Origin: Octopus vulgaris
Taxonomy: Eukaryota
Length of the DNA: 64,000 nucleotides
Direction of reading: 5' to 3'
NCBI GenBank assembly: GCA_951406725.2
Contig: OX597820.1
Location: 34,162,001 to 34,226,000, forward strand
The notes beneath the pieces are model-generated. The model worked only from the letters and a program-made list of their open reading frames with translations, was not told the DNA's origin and searched no databases. Within the stretch, counting starts at the first letter, position 1. Every line of letters begins with the position of its first letter. The translations under genes were made by a program, and so were the position numbers. Positions 38,733-52,375 of the stretch are shown here, in pieces.

Positions 38733-41700
38733 CTTTATTCACCATAAGGTTGAGAAAAAGAGGGGACAAAACAAACGATGGGGTCAGGGTATCGAATGAG
38801 ACGAAACATATGAATAAACAAACAATTAAAATATATACAATTAAATGAGAATGAGTGATTAACAAAAAATGAAGCGGAGGACGCGGTCGACCCCACAAAC
38901 CACATACTCACACTGAAGACTTTGCTTTCTCCTTTTTCACATTCTCGATTAAACAGGTTCTTTCACTCGCAACATACTTGCTATAGACTTCCATCTTTTA
39001 CGAAACACACTTTGCGACAGGCATTTCTTCTCCAGCCTTATTTTCCGTTTCATGTGGAAAACGAAAAAGTCGATTAGCTCGAGACTGGAGATAAACATGC
39101 CTGTTGCAATTCCTTTTACTCTCGTCTTCCACACTACTTCTTTCGCCATAGCAACTACCGAAAGAAAACAGGCTCGCTCCTCCCTATTCAGGAAGGTCGG
39201 CGGAACTATCTTAACTACAGATTCGCTCGACAGTTGTACTCTTCTCGAATGCGACAGCAGGTGTTCGACATAAGTCCAGAGTTCAGTCACCTTGGGGCAT
39301 TGCACAATCGCGTTTCACTGTCCCTCTTACATCTTGCACAAACCGGCGAAGGTGCACACCCATGTCTAAAGAGCTTATCTCGAACCGGTAAAGCTCCTCT
39401 GTAACATTGCCAGGCCAGGGACTTTTGGTAATTATCCATAGGCCCCGGACCGAATGTTCTTTGGAACAGGCTGGCCAGTTGATTTTCGTCGAAGCCCAGA
39501 GTTTCTCCTAGGACGTCGTCACACTTAAACTCTACTAACCCTCTATAGAAGAACGAGGTAGTAGCCCCGCCACCGGCGTTGCCCGACTGGGAGAGAAGCA
39601 CGAGTGCCTGATAGCACTCTGCATGCCACATGCCCAACCTCGGTCTACACTTGATCCATGGGTTCAGTTCGTTAAACGATGTGAACTGTGGAAATAACAG
39701 CTTGACAAACGGAGACCACACCTGCTCGCCGTCCAGGTAAATCCAGAGGTGCCTAATCCTGAGCGCATGTCTGCGCATTTTTAGCCACGGCATCCCTAAC
39801 CCACCCTTCAGCGGCTTTTGGCAGCAAATAGAGCGCCTTACAAGAGGTCTGCTGCCCCTCCACAAAAAGCGAAAGAGCATGCGTTCCAGTTTGTTCAGCC
39901 ACGAATCGGGGCAAGGCACTACGGTTAGGCGGTAAGTGATTACAGAGGTGATAAACACTTCTGCAACCTCCGCCCTCCCTTTCAAGGACAGCTTCCGCTC
40001 AGACCATGTCTGAGTTAGGAGAGTCACCTTTCTCGCCACCTCGCTCCAGTTCTTCTATATCTGGAGATCTGAACCTAACCAGATCCCAAGCATTTTCACC
40101 GGTCCTTCCGTCCAACGTCCTACGACGCTGTCGGAAGACATCGACTTGCCCCTCCAGGTGCCGAGTTGCAAGCCGACCGATTTATCCCGGTTGACTTTCG
40201 CTCCTGCCACCGCTTCGTAGTCCCTTAAGGCCTCACACACCCACTGTAGGTGCTCGACTCGGGAAACGATGACGGTGATGTCGTCCGCATACGCCGAAGC
40301 TGACTTTCCGCACCCTAGATCTTGCGGAGTGCCTCTCATAGTTTCCAACCTCCTCAGCAATGGCTCGAGGGCCAAAACGTAGAGAAGCGGGGAGAGAGGA
40401 CACCCTTGACGTACCGAACGTTCAATGCTGAACGGCTCCGAAAGGAAACCATTTACTCGAACTACCGATTCGATGTTGCTGTATAAAGCGATGATCCATC
40501 CGCGGAAGGTCGGGCCGAAGCCAGCAGCCGCGAGAACCGCCGCCAGATACTGATGGTCCACCCTATCAAACGCTTTCGATTGGTCCAAGTGGACCATAGC
40601 CCCACCCTTGCCAGGAATCCTATTTACCCTTTCTAAGGCATAGCGTAGAAAGTGGAGATTGTCGTGGATGGTCCTTCCAGGGATGGCGCAAGTTTTCGCC
40701 TCGCCAACAAGTTCACCCACGACCCTCGCCAACCGTTTTGCTAAGACCTTGGCCAAGATCTTCGACTCTGCGTTAAGCAGAGTGATAGGCCGGAAATTAT
40801 CAATTAAATCCCCCTTGTTTGGATCCTTTCTTAACAGCGCTACCACCCCTCGGCTCACAGACTTAGGAATTCTCCCGTTCTGCTGCCAGTTGGTGCACAC
40901 GCATGCAAGTAGGTGCCCAAACAAGTCTGGCATGCTACTATAGAGTTCGTAAGGCAGACCATCGAGTCCCGGCGATTTGTCCCCGCCGCAGTCTGCCAAT
41001 ATATCCTCGACTTCTTTGGGTGTGATCGGTGCCTCACAAGATTCCGCGTCCGGCCCCGATAGACGCGGCGAACCGGTTAGGAAGTCTGCGAGCTTCTCCC
41101 CGCGCTCCAGCTCGCCGCTCCTCCCGAATAGCTGGGCGAAATGATCATGAAACACCTTGCACATCTCCTCGGGTTCGTTTACTAATCGACCATTTGGGCC
41201 CGTCAAGGATCGAATGGTTGAGTTGTTGCCACGCTGGCCCTCTACTACCCGGGCCCATCCGGCTGCGTTGATCCCTTCCTGTCTCATTTCACGGATCTTA
41301 GCCCTGACAATGCACCCTTCATGTTTAGCTTTGAGATGTTGGTCGAGTGCTAACCTCGCCGCTAACACTTTCGATGCACTGCCTGATCTCATTGCCTCCT
41401 CTATTGCCTTAACTAGTTCCTTTTCTACTTTGTTTCTAGCACTAGCTAGTTCTTTGCTAAACCTAATTGACTCAAATTTGATGGCTCTTTTCAGGGCGTA
41501 CCACCATTTGTTGTTGATAATGGATCCGGTTAACGCCCTCATTACTAATTGTTTAATCCGATTCCTGTAGGCTTCACAGTCCAATAGTGACTTGTTTAGC
41601 TTCCAGTAACCGGGACCTCGTCTACACATGCTATCTATGTCGAGCGTACAGGTCACTAATTTGTGATCGCTGTAGCTGACAATATGGTGTTGTGGACAGC

Positions 41701-42233
41701 TAAGTATTTTCTTATCTTTCCTTCTAGTTATGATTCTATCGATATAAGATCTGGACGACCCGTCGTTTCTTGGCCAGGTCCACGCTGGAGTGTCTGGATG
41801 GTCCAGTCTGAATCTATCTGCCAATTCGAAACGACTTAGCATATCGTTGAGGTGAGGTAATCCCCTCCTATTCTTTCTCGAGCCAACATAATCTACGCTT
41901 GCATCGCAAATTATGTTGAAGTCACCTAGCAATACTAACGTGTTCGACGTGCCAAGAAAATTCTCTAGGCTTTTGAAATACTCTTTCTGCCCGGCTTTTC
42001 CTTCGCAGGGAGCATAGACAGCGACCAGCCTGAACACTTTACCACTGCTGTGCGTCACATCCAAAACGACCAACCTGCCTTCCGGATCTATAAAGACAGT
42101 TCTAATCTCTAAATCCAGGTTTATACTGACCAGCACTGCCACTCCTCCTCCCCCTCCAGGTAGACAGGGAGAAATGTATTTCTCATAGCCGTTTAGAAGG
42201 GGCGAAAAAGCCTGCAGTCCACTCAGTCTGGAT
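38728..42233 (-). mobile_element. L1/Tx1-clade LINE ORF2 (APE, RT and CCHC knuckle) with at least 2 frameshifts; 5' part lost in the assembly gap
   Basis: GGVAVL, VYAP, LGDFN, SYIDR, SDH, WKLN, KSPGLDGLPYE, FRPITLLN, DQSKAFDRV, RQGCPLSP, AYADD, GGLGMP, CARC..ET..C. AATAAA precedes the 3' end. Confidence 0.92.
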
Positions 42234-42333
42234 NNNNNNNNNNNNNNNNNNNNNNNNNNNNNNNNNNNNNNNNNNNNNNNNNNNNNNNNNNNNNNNNNNN
42301 NNNNNNNNNNNNNNNNNNNNNNNNNNNNNNNNN
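42234..42333. other. Assembly gap (100 N)
   Basis: Run of n. Confidence 0.99.
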
Positions 42334-42367
42334 CAAAAGCCAAGTACAAAGGTTTAACTTTGGCCAG

Positions 42368-44549
<2,182 letters not shown>

Positions 44550-44560
44550 CATATATATAT

Positions 44561-44591
<31 letters not shown>

Positions 44592-44749
44592 CTTTATTTT
44601 AAGCAGCAGAAAATTCAACAAAATCTGTTACTCTGAGTTTCTCGTTGCCGTTCATCAGACAGTTTTTGCTAGAAAAAACTGTCTGATGAACGGCAACGAG
44701 AAACTCAGAGTAACAGATTTTGTTGAATTTTCTGCTGCTTAAAATAAAG
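44592..44749. repeat. Perfect palindrome (76-bp arms, 6-nt loop) containing mirrored hammerhead motifs
   Basis: 44592-44667 is the reverse complement of 44674-44749. Confidence 0.9.
44679..44716 (+). ncRNA. Minimal type I hammerhead ribozyme (predicted); mirror copy at 44625-44662 on the minus strand
   Basis: CTGT-CTGATGA-ACG(GCAA)CGA-GAAA-CTCAGAG-TA-ACAG: GNRA-capped stem II, GUA triplet, stem I CTGT/ACAG. The base of stem II is A.A, but it is A-T in the related copy near 11145. Confidence 0.7.
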
Positions 44750-44819
44750 CATATTACTCTACCACTGGTATTTGAGTACTCTTTTTTTCCACCTTGTTTC
44801 ACATTTATGTGTTTACTCC

Positions 44820-44887
<68 letters not shown>

Positions 44888-44890
<3 letters not shown>

Positions 44891-45188
44891 AGGCGCAATG
44901 GCCCAGTGGTTAGGGCAGCGGACTCGCAGTCGTAGGATCGCGGTTTCGATTCCCAGACCGGGCGTTGTGTGTGTTTCTTGAGTGAAAACACCTAAAAGCT
45001 CCACGAGGCTCCGGCAGTGGGTGGTGATCCCTGCTGTACTCTTTCATCACTCTTTCTCTCTTTCTTCTGTTGGCCTGCTCGATTAGCCAGCGGGGTGGCG
45101 TCGTTCGAAGGCTAAAATAATGCGAACGCATTGTGACCAGCGATGTGTAGCAACATCTGATGGTCTGGTCGGTCACGTGATCACGTGA
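44888..45188 (+). mobile_element. SINE family B, full-length
   Basis: tRNA-like head; ends in the palindrome TCACGTGATCACGTGA. Confidence 0.85.
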
Positions 45189-45409
45189 TATATATATATA
45201 TACACATATATATGCATCTATATATATACATATATATACACACATACATATATATGTGTGTATATGTATATATGTTTGTATATATGTATATATATATGTG
45301 TGTATATATATATATTTTTATAAATATATGTATGTATGTATATATATGTATATATATATATATATATATGTATGTATAAATGTATATATATGTATGTATA
45401 TATGTATAT

Positions 45410-46056
45410 TCAGCCCACTTATGCATGCCTTTCATCCCTTGGACACACGAAGACCTGTTGAGGCAAGCAAGTCGAAATTGAACCTCATCCGATGACAGGC
45501 ACCCATGCCAACCTCCCTTCATTGGACACTAAACTCTGCTTGCGAAGACCTGTTGGGGCAAGTGAAATCGGATTCGAAATTGAACCAATCCTATGACTGG
45601 CACCCGGCAGTTGCCAGGACCGCTGGACTGACTCCTGTGCAGGTGGCAAGTGAAGAACCACCATTTCGACCCTGTGCTTGAGGAAATCCATTGAGTCAAG
45701 TACACCAACATCAAAATCAATGGAGACTGCAGTTGTGATGCCTGTGCCGGTGGCACATAAAAAGCACCATCTGAACGTGGCCGATGCCAGCGCCGCCTCG
45801 ACTGGCTTCCGTGCCGGTGGCACGTAAAATGCACCAATCCGATCGTGGCCGTTACCAGCCTCGCCTGGCACTTGTGCCGGTGGCACGTAAAAAGCACCCA
45901 CTACACTCACGGAGTGGTTGTCATTAGGAAGGGCATCCAGTTGTAGAAACACTGCCAGATCAGACTGTGCCTGGTGCAGCCTTCTGGCTTCCCAGATCCC
46001 CGGTCGAACTGTCCAACCCATGCTAGCATGGAGAACGGACGTTAAACGATGATGAT
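45410..46056 (+). mobile_element. 3'UTR-only copy of the RTE-like LINE with (GAT)n tail
   Basis: Same GTGCCGGTGGCAC..AAAAAGCACC modules and the tail GGACGTTAAACGATGATG. Confidence 0.85.
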
Positions 46057-46077
46057 ATGTATATATATATATATATG

Positions 46078-46158
<81 letters not shown>

Positions 46159-46303
46159 AGAGAGTGGTCACTATATTGCTCACTCTAGCACTAGTTAATC
46201 CAAAGGGTTTCAACCACGAAAATACATGCTTACCATGAAAGTCAGTACGATTGTTAGCTCACACGGACAGGGCAAATAAAAAATAACAAAAATACAGATT
46301 ATT

Positions 46304-46381
46304 TTGGGACAATTGTTTCGCTATTAATGAATTAAATGTAATTTTACTTACAAAAAAATCCATTTGTAGCTCGTCAGCCAA
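46304..46381 (-). ncRNA. Type I hammerhead ribozyme (predicted), copy 1
   Basis: TTGG-CTGACGA-GCTA...TAGC-GAAA-CAATTG-TC-CCAA. Intact core, palindromic stem III ACAATTGT, GUC triplet. Confidence 0.8.
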
Positions 46382-46839
46382 GACTATCTGGATGAAATCC
46401 ACTCAATCACACGCCAGATTTTACCATAATGATAAATACGCGTGTGGTTCAATTGATTACATCCGACGTTATAATTCAAATGCCCCAACCAACAGCGCGC
46501 CAAACTTTCACGGAAAAACAAATACAGCATTTAGAAATAAATGCAGCATAATTATAATTAATTAATAAGGGTGAGAGAATTAGATACTAATTTAATAGTA
46601 TATTTATTCCACACCAAGTGGCCTAGTGCTTCGAGAAACCTGGATTATTATAATATTTTATAACATATTATAATATTTTTACAAAATAAATATAAGAGAG
46701 TGGTCACTATATTGCTCACTCTAGCACTAGTTAATCCAAAGGGTTTCAACCACGAAAATACATGCTTACCATGAAAGTCAGTACGATTGTTAGCTCACAC
46801 GGACAGGGCAAATAAAAAATAACAAAAATACAGATTATT

Positions 46840-46917
46840 TTGGGACAATTGTTTCGCTATTAATGAATTAAATGTAATTTTACTTACAAAAAAATCCATT
46901 TGTAGCTCGTCAGCCAA
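46840..46917 (-). ncRNA. Type I hammerhead ribozyme (predicted), copy 2
   Basis: Identical to copy 1, offset by 536 bp. Confidence 0.8.
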
Positions 46918-47403
46918 GACTATCTGGATGAAATCCACTCAATCACACGCCAGATTTTACCATAATGATAAATACGCGTGTGGTTCAATTGATTACATCC
47001 GACGTTATAATTCAAATGCCCCAACCAACAGCGCGCCAAACTTTCACGGAAAAACAAATACAGCATTTAGAAATAAATGCAGCATAATTATAATTAATTA
47101 ATAAGGGTGAGAGAATTAGATACTAATTTAATAGTATATTTATTCCACACCAAGTGGCCTAGTGCTTCGAGAAACCTGGATTATTATAATATTTTATAAC
47201 ATATTATTTTCGTGGTTGAAACCCTTTGGATTAACTAGTGCTAGAGTGAGCAATATAGTGACCACTCTCTTATATTTATTTTGTAAAAATATTATAATAT
47301 GTTATAAAATATTATAATAATCCAGGTTTCTCGAAGCACTAGGCCACTTGGTGTGGAATAAATATACTATTAAATTAGTATCTAATTCTCTCACCCTTAT
47401 TAA

Positions 47404-47494
<91 letters not shown>

Positions 47495-47570
47495 TACACA
47501 TTCATGTGTTTGTTGTTTGTTAGAGCCTCGTTGTGACAAAACCCATGTGCTCATTTTTCTCTCATTCAAC

Positions 47571-47618
47571 ATGGCAGATGTTAACATTGATTCTCTGAAG
47601 ATTTGTGCTCAACAGGCG
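47571..47618 (+). CDS. Candidate first coding exon of an unidentified gene (MADVNIDSLKICAQQA)
   Basis: Good initiation context CAAC-ATG-GC and a donor GCG|GTAAAT in unique sequence. No homology recognised and no downstream exons identified. Confidence 0.3.
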
Positions 47619-49239
47619 GTAAATAACAACAGTTTTCTCCTTTAATTCAGTCATCTTAGTCATTCATATATTTATCTACCTATTTTAAAGCATCATCATT
47701 TACTTTATGTATCTTTCTAAAACAAATATATCCCCTTTCCATTAATGATTAGTTTTACTTATACAACCTTATCGTTTCGTTTACAAATTTAATTCCGCAT
47801 CTTAGAATGTTTCTTTTAACTTTGTTTATAATCGTTTACTTGTGTTGTTATAAGAAAATAAATATTAATGCAAAATCATTGTTAAAATATAATAAGGAAG
47901 CAATTGAAATATATTTACGAATTATTTATTCATATGGACATAATTAAAACGTTTGGCGATATTTACCTTCAGTTTTGAACCTTTATTCTATTTCCTACAT
48001 GTATGTCGAAACGAAACGAAACGAAATATCGTAGACTTTTTTTTTTTGCATCCTTTTTGTTTTTCGCCGGTTCTGTTGACACGTTCTTCGCAGAGATTTT
48101 CTGGTTTTCGTGTAAGAATAGAAGTAATCTTTTCTGACAGATATAGGATCTTATATTTTTGCAGAACGATAAGAGTGATTTAAATCATTGGAGAGTAGAA
48201 TAAAAAAAAAATATGCTTCGCTGTATTTAGTTAACCACCAATTTACTTTCCGGGTTCAAATCCTGCCAAGGCGAACTTGCAAAATCGTAATATTTGATGT
48301 TTTAAAATAGAAATCCGAATATATATATATATATATAAAAACTTCGCAAAATTTTGCTTTTCATTCTTCTTGGTATTGGAAGTGATTTATTTTTGTGATG
48401 CATCCTAGATACGAATAGAAGATGATTAAACTCCAGTGTTATCGTATTCTTCCTTGTAGTTATACTACTTTCAGAACACGTTCATGCTTTTCATCTTTTC
48501 GAGACCGATAAAATAAGTAGCAGTAGAGCACTGGAGTCGATGTAATTAACTAAACATCTACCGTAAATTTGCTGGCTTTTTGCCAAAATTCGCATCAAAT
48601 ATATGTATATAAAACAAGGATCTATATACCATAGGTTTATTTAATATCCACTAAGTTAATTTTCTTGTTGAGCCCTGAGTCACTCGTAATTCAGCTGTCC
48701 TATAACCAAAGTCGTTCCTGCTCTGATCATTTCATTTTCTTGTGTTTCTTGAACCACCTTACAGTGCTTAATATGTTTCCTTTTATAAGTGAATAGGGTG
48801 TAAGTTGAGGAAGATTTGACTGTTATTTCTTGGAGCGTGATCGGCTGCATAGGGGATTCTTCTTAAGTTAATAATAAATTCTATCACCTTTTATAAGGTC
48901 CAAATGCTGCCTTTCTTTAACGTCTATGTGTAAACATTATCGCACATATGTTATACAGAAGGGTGTCTTTTATAACAAACTGACATAACTACAGATGTAT
49001 CTCCCCTAACTTTGTTTCCTCATAACTTCCAGAAAAATGGATACTTTTTAACGAACGTTTCAACAAATAATTGCTTAGATCTTGTTGACTGAATGTATGT
49101 AAAGATTTGCTGGAAAAAATTGATTCCGGGTGTTTGAGGAGAGGAGTTTCGGACAATTCACACGACCTGACATTTTCCCCCTCATAACTTTCAGGAAAAT
49201 GGGTATTTTTTGATGAAATTTTATGCAAATACCTTTCAA

Positions 49240-49660
49240 ACGGTGTAGATTACGATTACAAAGGAATCTGTAGGCAAAATCAAGGGAGATTTTTCATTGG
49301 TACGGCAGATACAGTAAAGAAATCTGTTTGTGTCTGATTGAACTGGTATTGAGTGAGCCACAGATGAGCACTGGAGTTTTCTTTTATTCTTAGCATGTGG
49401 CACCCATATACTGAGTTTTTGAATCTTATCCATCAAGTGAAAGGGATGGGTGATAGTATCATGAGAACATTCCCTTTGCTGGGCCAAAACCCTAGTGGAT
49501 GGCAAGGGTCTTCATTAGTGAACTCGATTAATTTATCTTCATCAAACTGAACAGGTTGGCTAGAACATGGAGAATTTGCAATGCTGAATTTCTCCTTGAA
49601 CCTGGAAAACCATTTCCATGCACTTTTTTCTATAATAGCTGCTTCTCCAAAAATCATTTT
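49240..49660 (-). mobile_element. Decayed mariner transposase fragment
   Basis: GEAAIIEKSAWKWFSRFK...FDEDKL and WVPH motifs. Confidence 0.7.
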
Positions 49661-49975
49661 TGTGCAGCTCTTTCAGTAGTAGTTGCTTCTCCTAAAACCC
49701 ATTTTCTACAGTTCCTTCAGTAATGTCTGCTTCTCCCAAACCTATCTTTGTGCAGTTCTTTTAATAATAGATGCATCTTCAAAAAACATTTTTGTGCAGT
49801 TCTTTCAATTCTAGCTGCTTCTTGAAAAGTCGTTTTTGTGCATTTCTTTCAATAATAGCAACTTCTTGAAAAACCATTTTTGTGCATTTTTTTCAATAAC
49901 AGTAGCTTCTCCCAAAACCATTTTTATGCATTTTTTTCAGTAATAGCAGGTTCTCCATACACTGCACAACATCTG
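49610..49975. repeat. About 44-bp degenerate minisatellite (about 8 copies) continuous with the mariner fragment
   Basis: CATTTTTGTGCA..TCTTTCAATAATAGCAGCTTCT.C.AAAA recurs at about 44-bp spacing. Confidence 0.75.
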
Positions 49976-50059
49976 AAGCAACTTTGGTACCTTGACTGAA
50001 AGCAAAGAGAAGCAAGTTTTGAAAATATTAATTAATTTTTCTATCTGACACTTCATCAA

Positions 50060-50361
50060 AAAACATTTGAGCGAGGTCGTTGCCAGTGCCACTGGACTGG
50101 CTCCTGTGCAGGTGGCACGTAAAAAACACCATTTGAGCATGGCTGTTGCCAGTACCGCCTGACTGGCCCTCGTGCCAGTGGCACGTAAAAGCATCCACTA
50201 CACTCCCGGAGTGGTTGGCGCTAGGAAGGGCATCGAGCTGTAGAAACTCTGCCAGATCAAGATTGGAGCCTGGTGCAGCCATCTGGTTCGCCAGTCCTCA
50301 GTCAAATCGTCCAACCCATGCTAGCATGGAAAGCGGACGTTAAACAATGATGATGATGATG
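50060..50361 (+). mobile_element. RTE-like LINE 3'UTR fragment with (GAT)n tail
   Basis: Shared 3' modules and tail. Confidence 0.8.
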
Positions 50362-50794
50362 TCTGAAAAGAGATAAATTCTATTCAAATTTCAGAAACAA
50401 TAAACAGCAGTTGCAAAGGAAGAATAGAGCCACTAACAAAATACCCTGAAACAGTATGATAAAAATATTTTGCATGTTAACCCTTTTGATACCACCAGTG
50501 TGCCCAAAACTGCCTATGGTTTTTATGATACAAATTTCATGTTAATTTATCTTTCAAAGACTTCATTAATAATGGCAAAGTTATTTTACGTCTTTACTTT
50601 CAAAATTAATTGAAGTAAACTCAGTATATTCCAACTAAATATAGTATCAAAATGTTAATTCAAATAATATTGGAAAGAATCAAATGAATTTATCTGTTAA
50701 TTCCATATATTGTATATATATATATATATATATATCTCAGGAGGTTATTATGTCACTAATAATCATATGCACAGGTTCCAGGTTCAATTTCATT

Positions 50795-51150
50795 TATCTT
50801 TTAACTGTTTTAGTCATTAGACTGTGGCCATGCTAGGGCACCATCTTGAAGACCTTTTGGTTGAATGAATTGTCTTTCGTACTTATTTTTGTTTTTAAAC
50901 CTGGCACTTTATTGGTCTTGTTTTGCTGAATTGCTAAGTTACAATCCAGCACCAGTTGCCAAGTGGTGGTGGGCAACATGGACACAAAGACACACACACA
51001 CATAAAATGAGCTTCTTTCAGTTTCTGTCTATTAAATCTACTCACAAGGCTATAGTAGAAGGCACTTGTCCAAGGTACCATGCAATAGGGCTAAACCTGG
51101 AACTATGTGGTTGGGAAGCCAACTTCTTACCACACAGCCACTCTTGCACC
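50795..51150 (-). mobile_element. SINE family A, old and CpG-depleted
   Basis: Reverse-complement similarity to the 29558 copy. Confidence 0.65.
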
Positions 51151-51523
51151 TATTTCTTTCTTATTTGTCTATTAGTTAGCTACTTAATCAACTAATTGAT
51201 TGCGTCGTTGATCATTCAACTAATTAATCAATTTAAGCAGAGAGGGCATGTCATTGAAGAGGTTGTGAATAGTGATGAAAGGACTATTGGTAGACACAAC
51301 TGATTGATTGATTAACTGAATGATTTATCAAACATTCTTTTAATTAGTTGGTTAAATAGCTACTCAAGTGACACATAATGAAGAAATGAAATTGACTCAG
51401 GGTTTGGTGTAATGACCCTCCTGAAATATAGCAAAATCTGTTTCAACATGCATTCACTTAAAAAATGCTGGAAACCATATATATGTGTGTATGTGTATAT
51501 GTATATATATATATATATATATA

Positions 51524-52277
51524 CTTATTAATCCGAAGGAAGGCAGTGTGAGCAGCAACTAAAGGAACATTACAAAATCCACATAAAGATCAAACACGTA
51601 CATATATTCATTTATAACTACATAACAGATATAAAGTTTGACATGTAAAAATATGGCACGTAAAAAGCACCCACTACACTCACGGAGTGGTTGGCGTTAG
51701 GAAGGGCATCCAGCTGTAGAAACATTGCCAGATAAGACTGGAGCCTGGTGCAGCCTTCTGGCTTCCCAGATCCCCGGTCGAACCGTCCAACCCATGCTAG
51801 CATGGAGAATGGACGTTAAACGATGATGATGATGATGATGATGATGTATTATCTATTGTGTGTAAAAAACATCCTGATGTATTATGTGTTGTGTGTAAAA
51901 AACATCCTGATGAGGGGAGTGTCAATTTCAAATATTTGATATGTTTCGTATTAATTGGCATGTCTCTGAAACGGCCCGTAGATGAACATTTTTGTATTTT
52001 TGTATATTTATTCTGGAATTTTAATATGTCATTGTATGTTTTATTACCCCAAATTTTTAATGTAACAAATTTTTACCAAATGTTTTATGATTTTAAGCGT
52101 AAATTCAATGTGTTATATATGCAACACTGATTCTTATATATTTATATATTTTTAAACGTCAGACTTTATATCTGTTATGTAGATATAAATGAATATATGT
52201 ATGTGTTTGATCTTCCTGTGGATTTTGTAATGTTCCTTCAGTTGCTGCTCACATTGCCTCCCCTCGGATTAATAAGT
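51524..52277 (+). mobile_element. Penelope pLTR-like element with about 130 bp inverted repeats (51524-51654 and 52147-52277) and a hammerhead; interrupted by an RTE 3' fragment (51655-51846)
   Basis: ACTTATTAATCCGAAGGAAGGCAGTGTGAGCAGCAAC... is mirrored by ...GTTGCTGCTCACATTGCCTCCCCTCGGATTAATAAGT. Confidence 0.65.
51903..51984 (+). ncRNA. Type I hammerhead ribozyme (predicted)
   Basis: CATC-CTGATGA-GGGGA...TCTCT-GAAA-CGGCCCG-TA-GATG. Intact core, GUA triplet, near-palindromic stem III. Confidence 0.72.
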
Positions 52278-52375
52278 GGAATATAGCTCATTTGGAGCAC
52301 TACAATTCCAGTCTGTTATATATTTTGAGTGTTTTTGTCACTAGCGATCTCAAGATATAACTTTGTATTTTGTAG

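Larger units (their letters stand above)
46156..47410 (-). mobile_element. Retrozyme/Penelope pLTR-like non-coding element: two near-identical 536-bp tandem units plus a 204-bp inverted copy spanning the unit junction
   Basis: Units start at 46156 and 46692. 47207-47410 is the reverse complement of about 46555-46757. Flanked by (TA)n on both sides, with one hammerhead per unit. Confidence 0.85.

Noticed and set aside
44888-44962. tRNA gene
   Set aside because: The tRNA-like head continues into a conserved SINE body found at several loci, with no oligo-T terminator after an acceptor stem.
47571-47618. Naming the candidate exon (e.g. CCDC50 or PGM2 by loose similarity or synteny)
   Set aside because: 16 residues with no convincing match; left unnamed.
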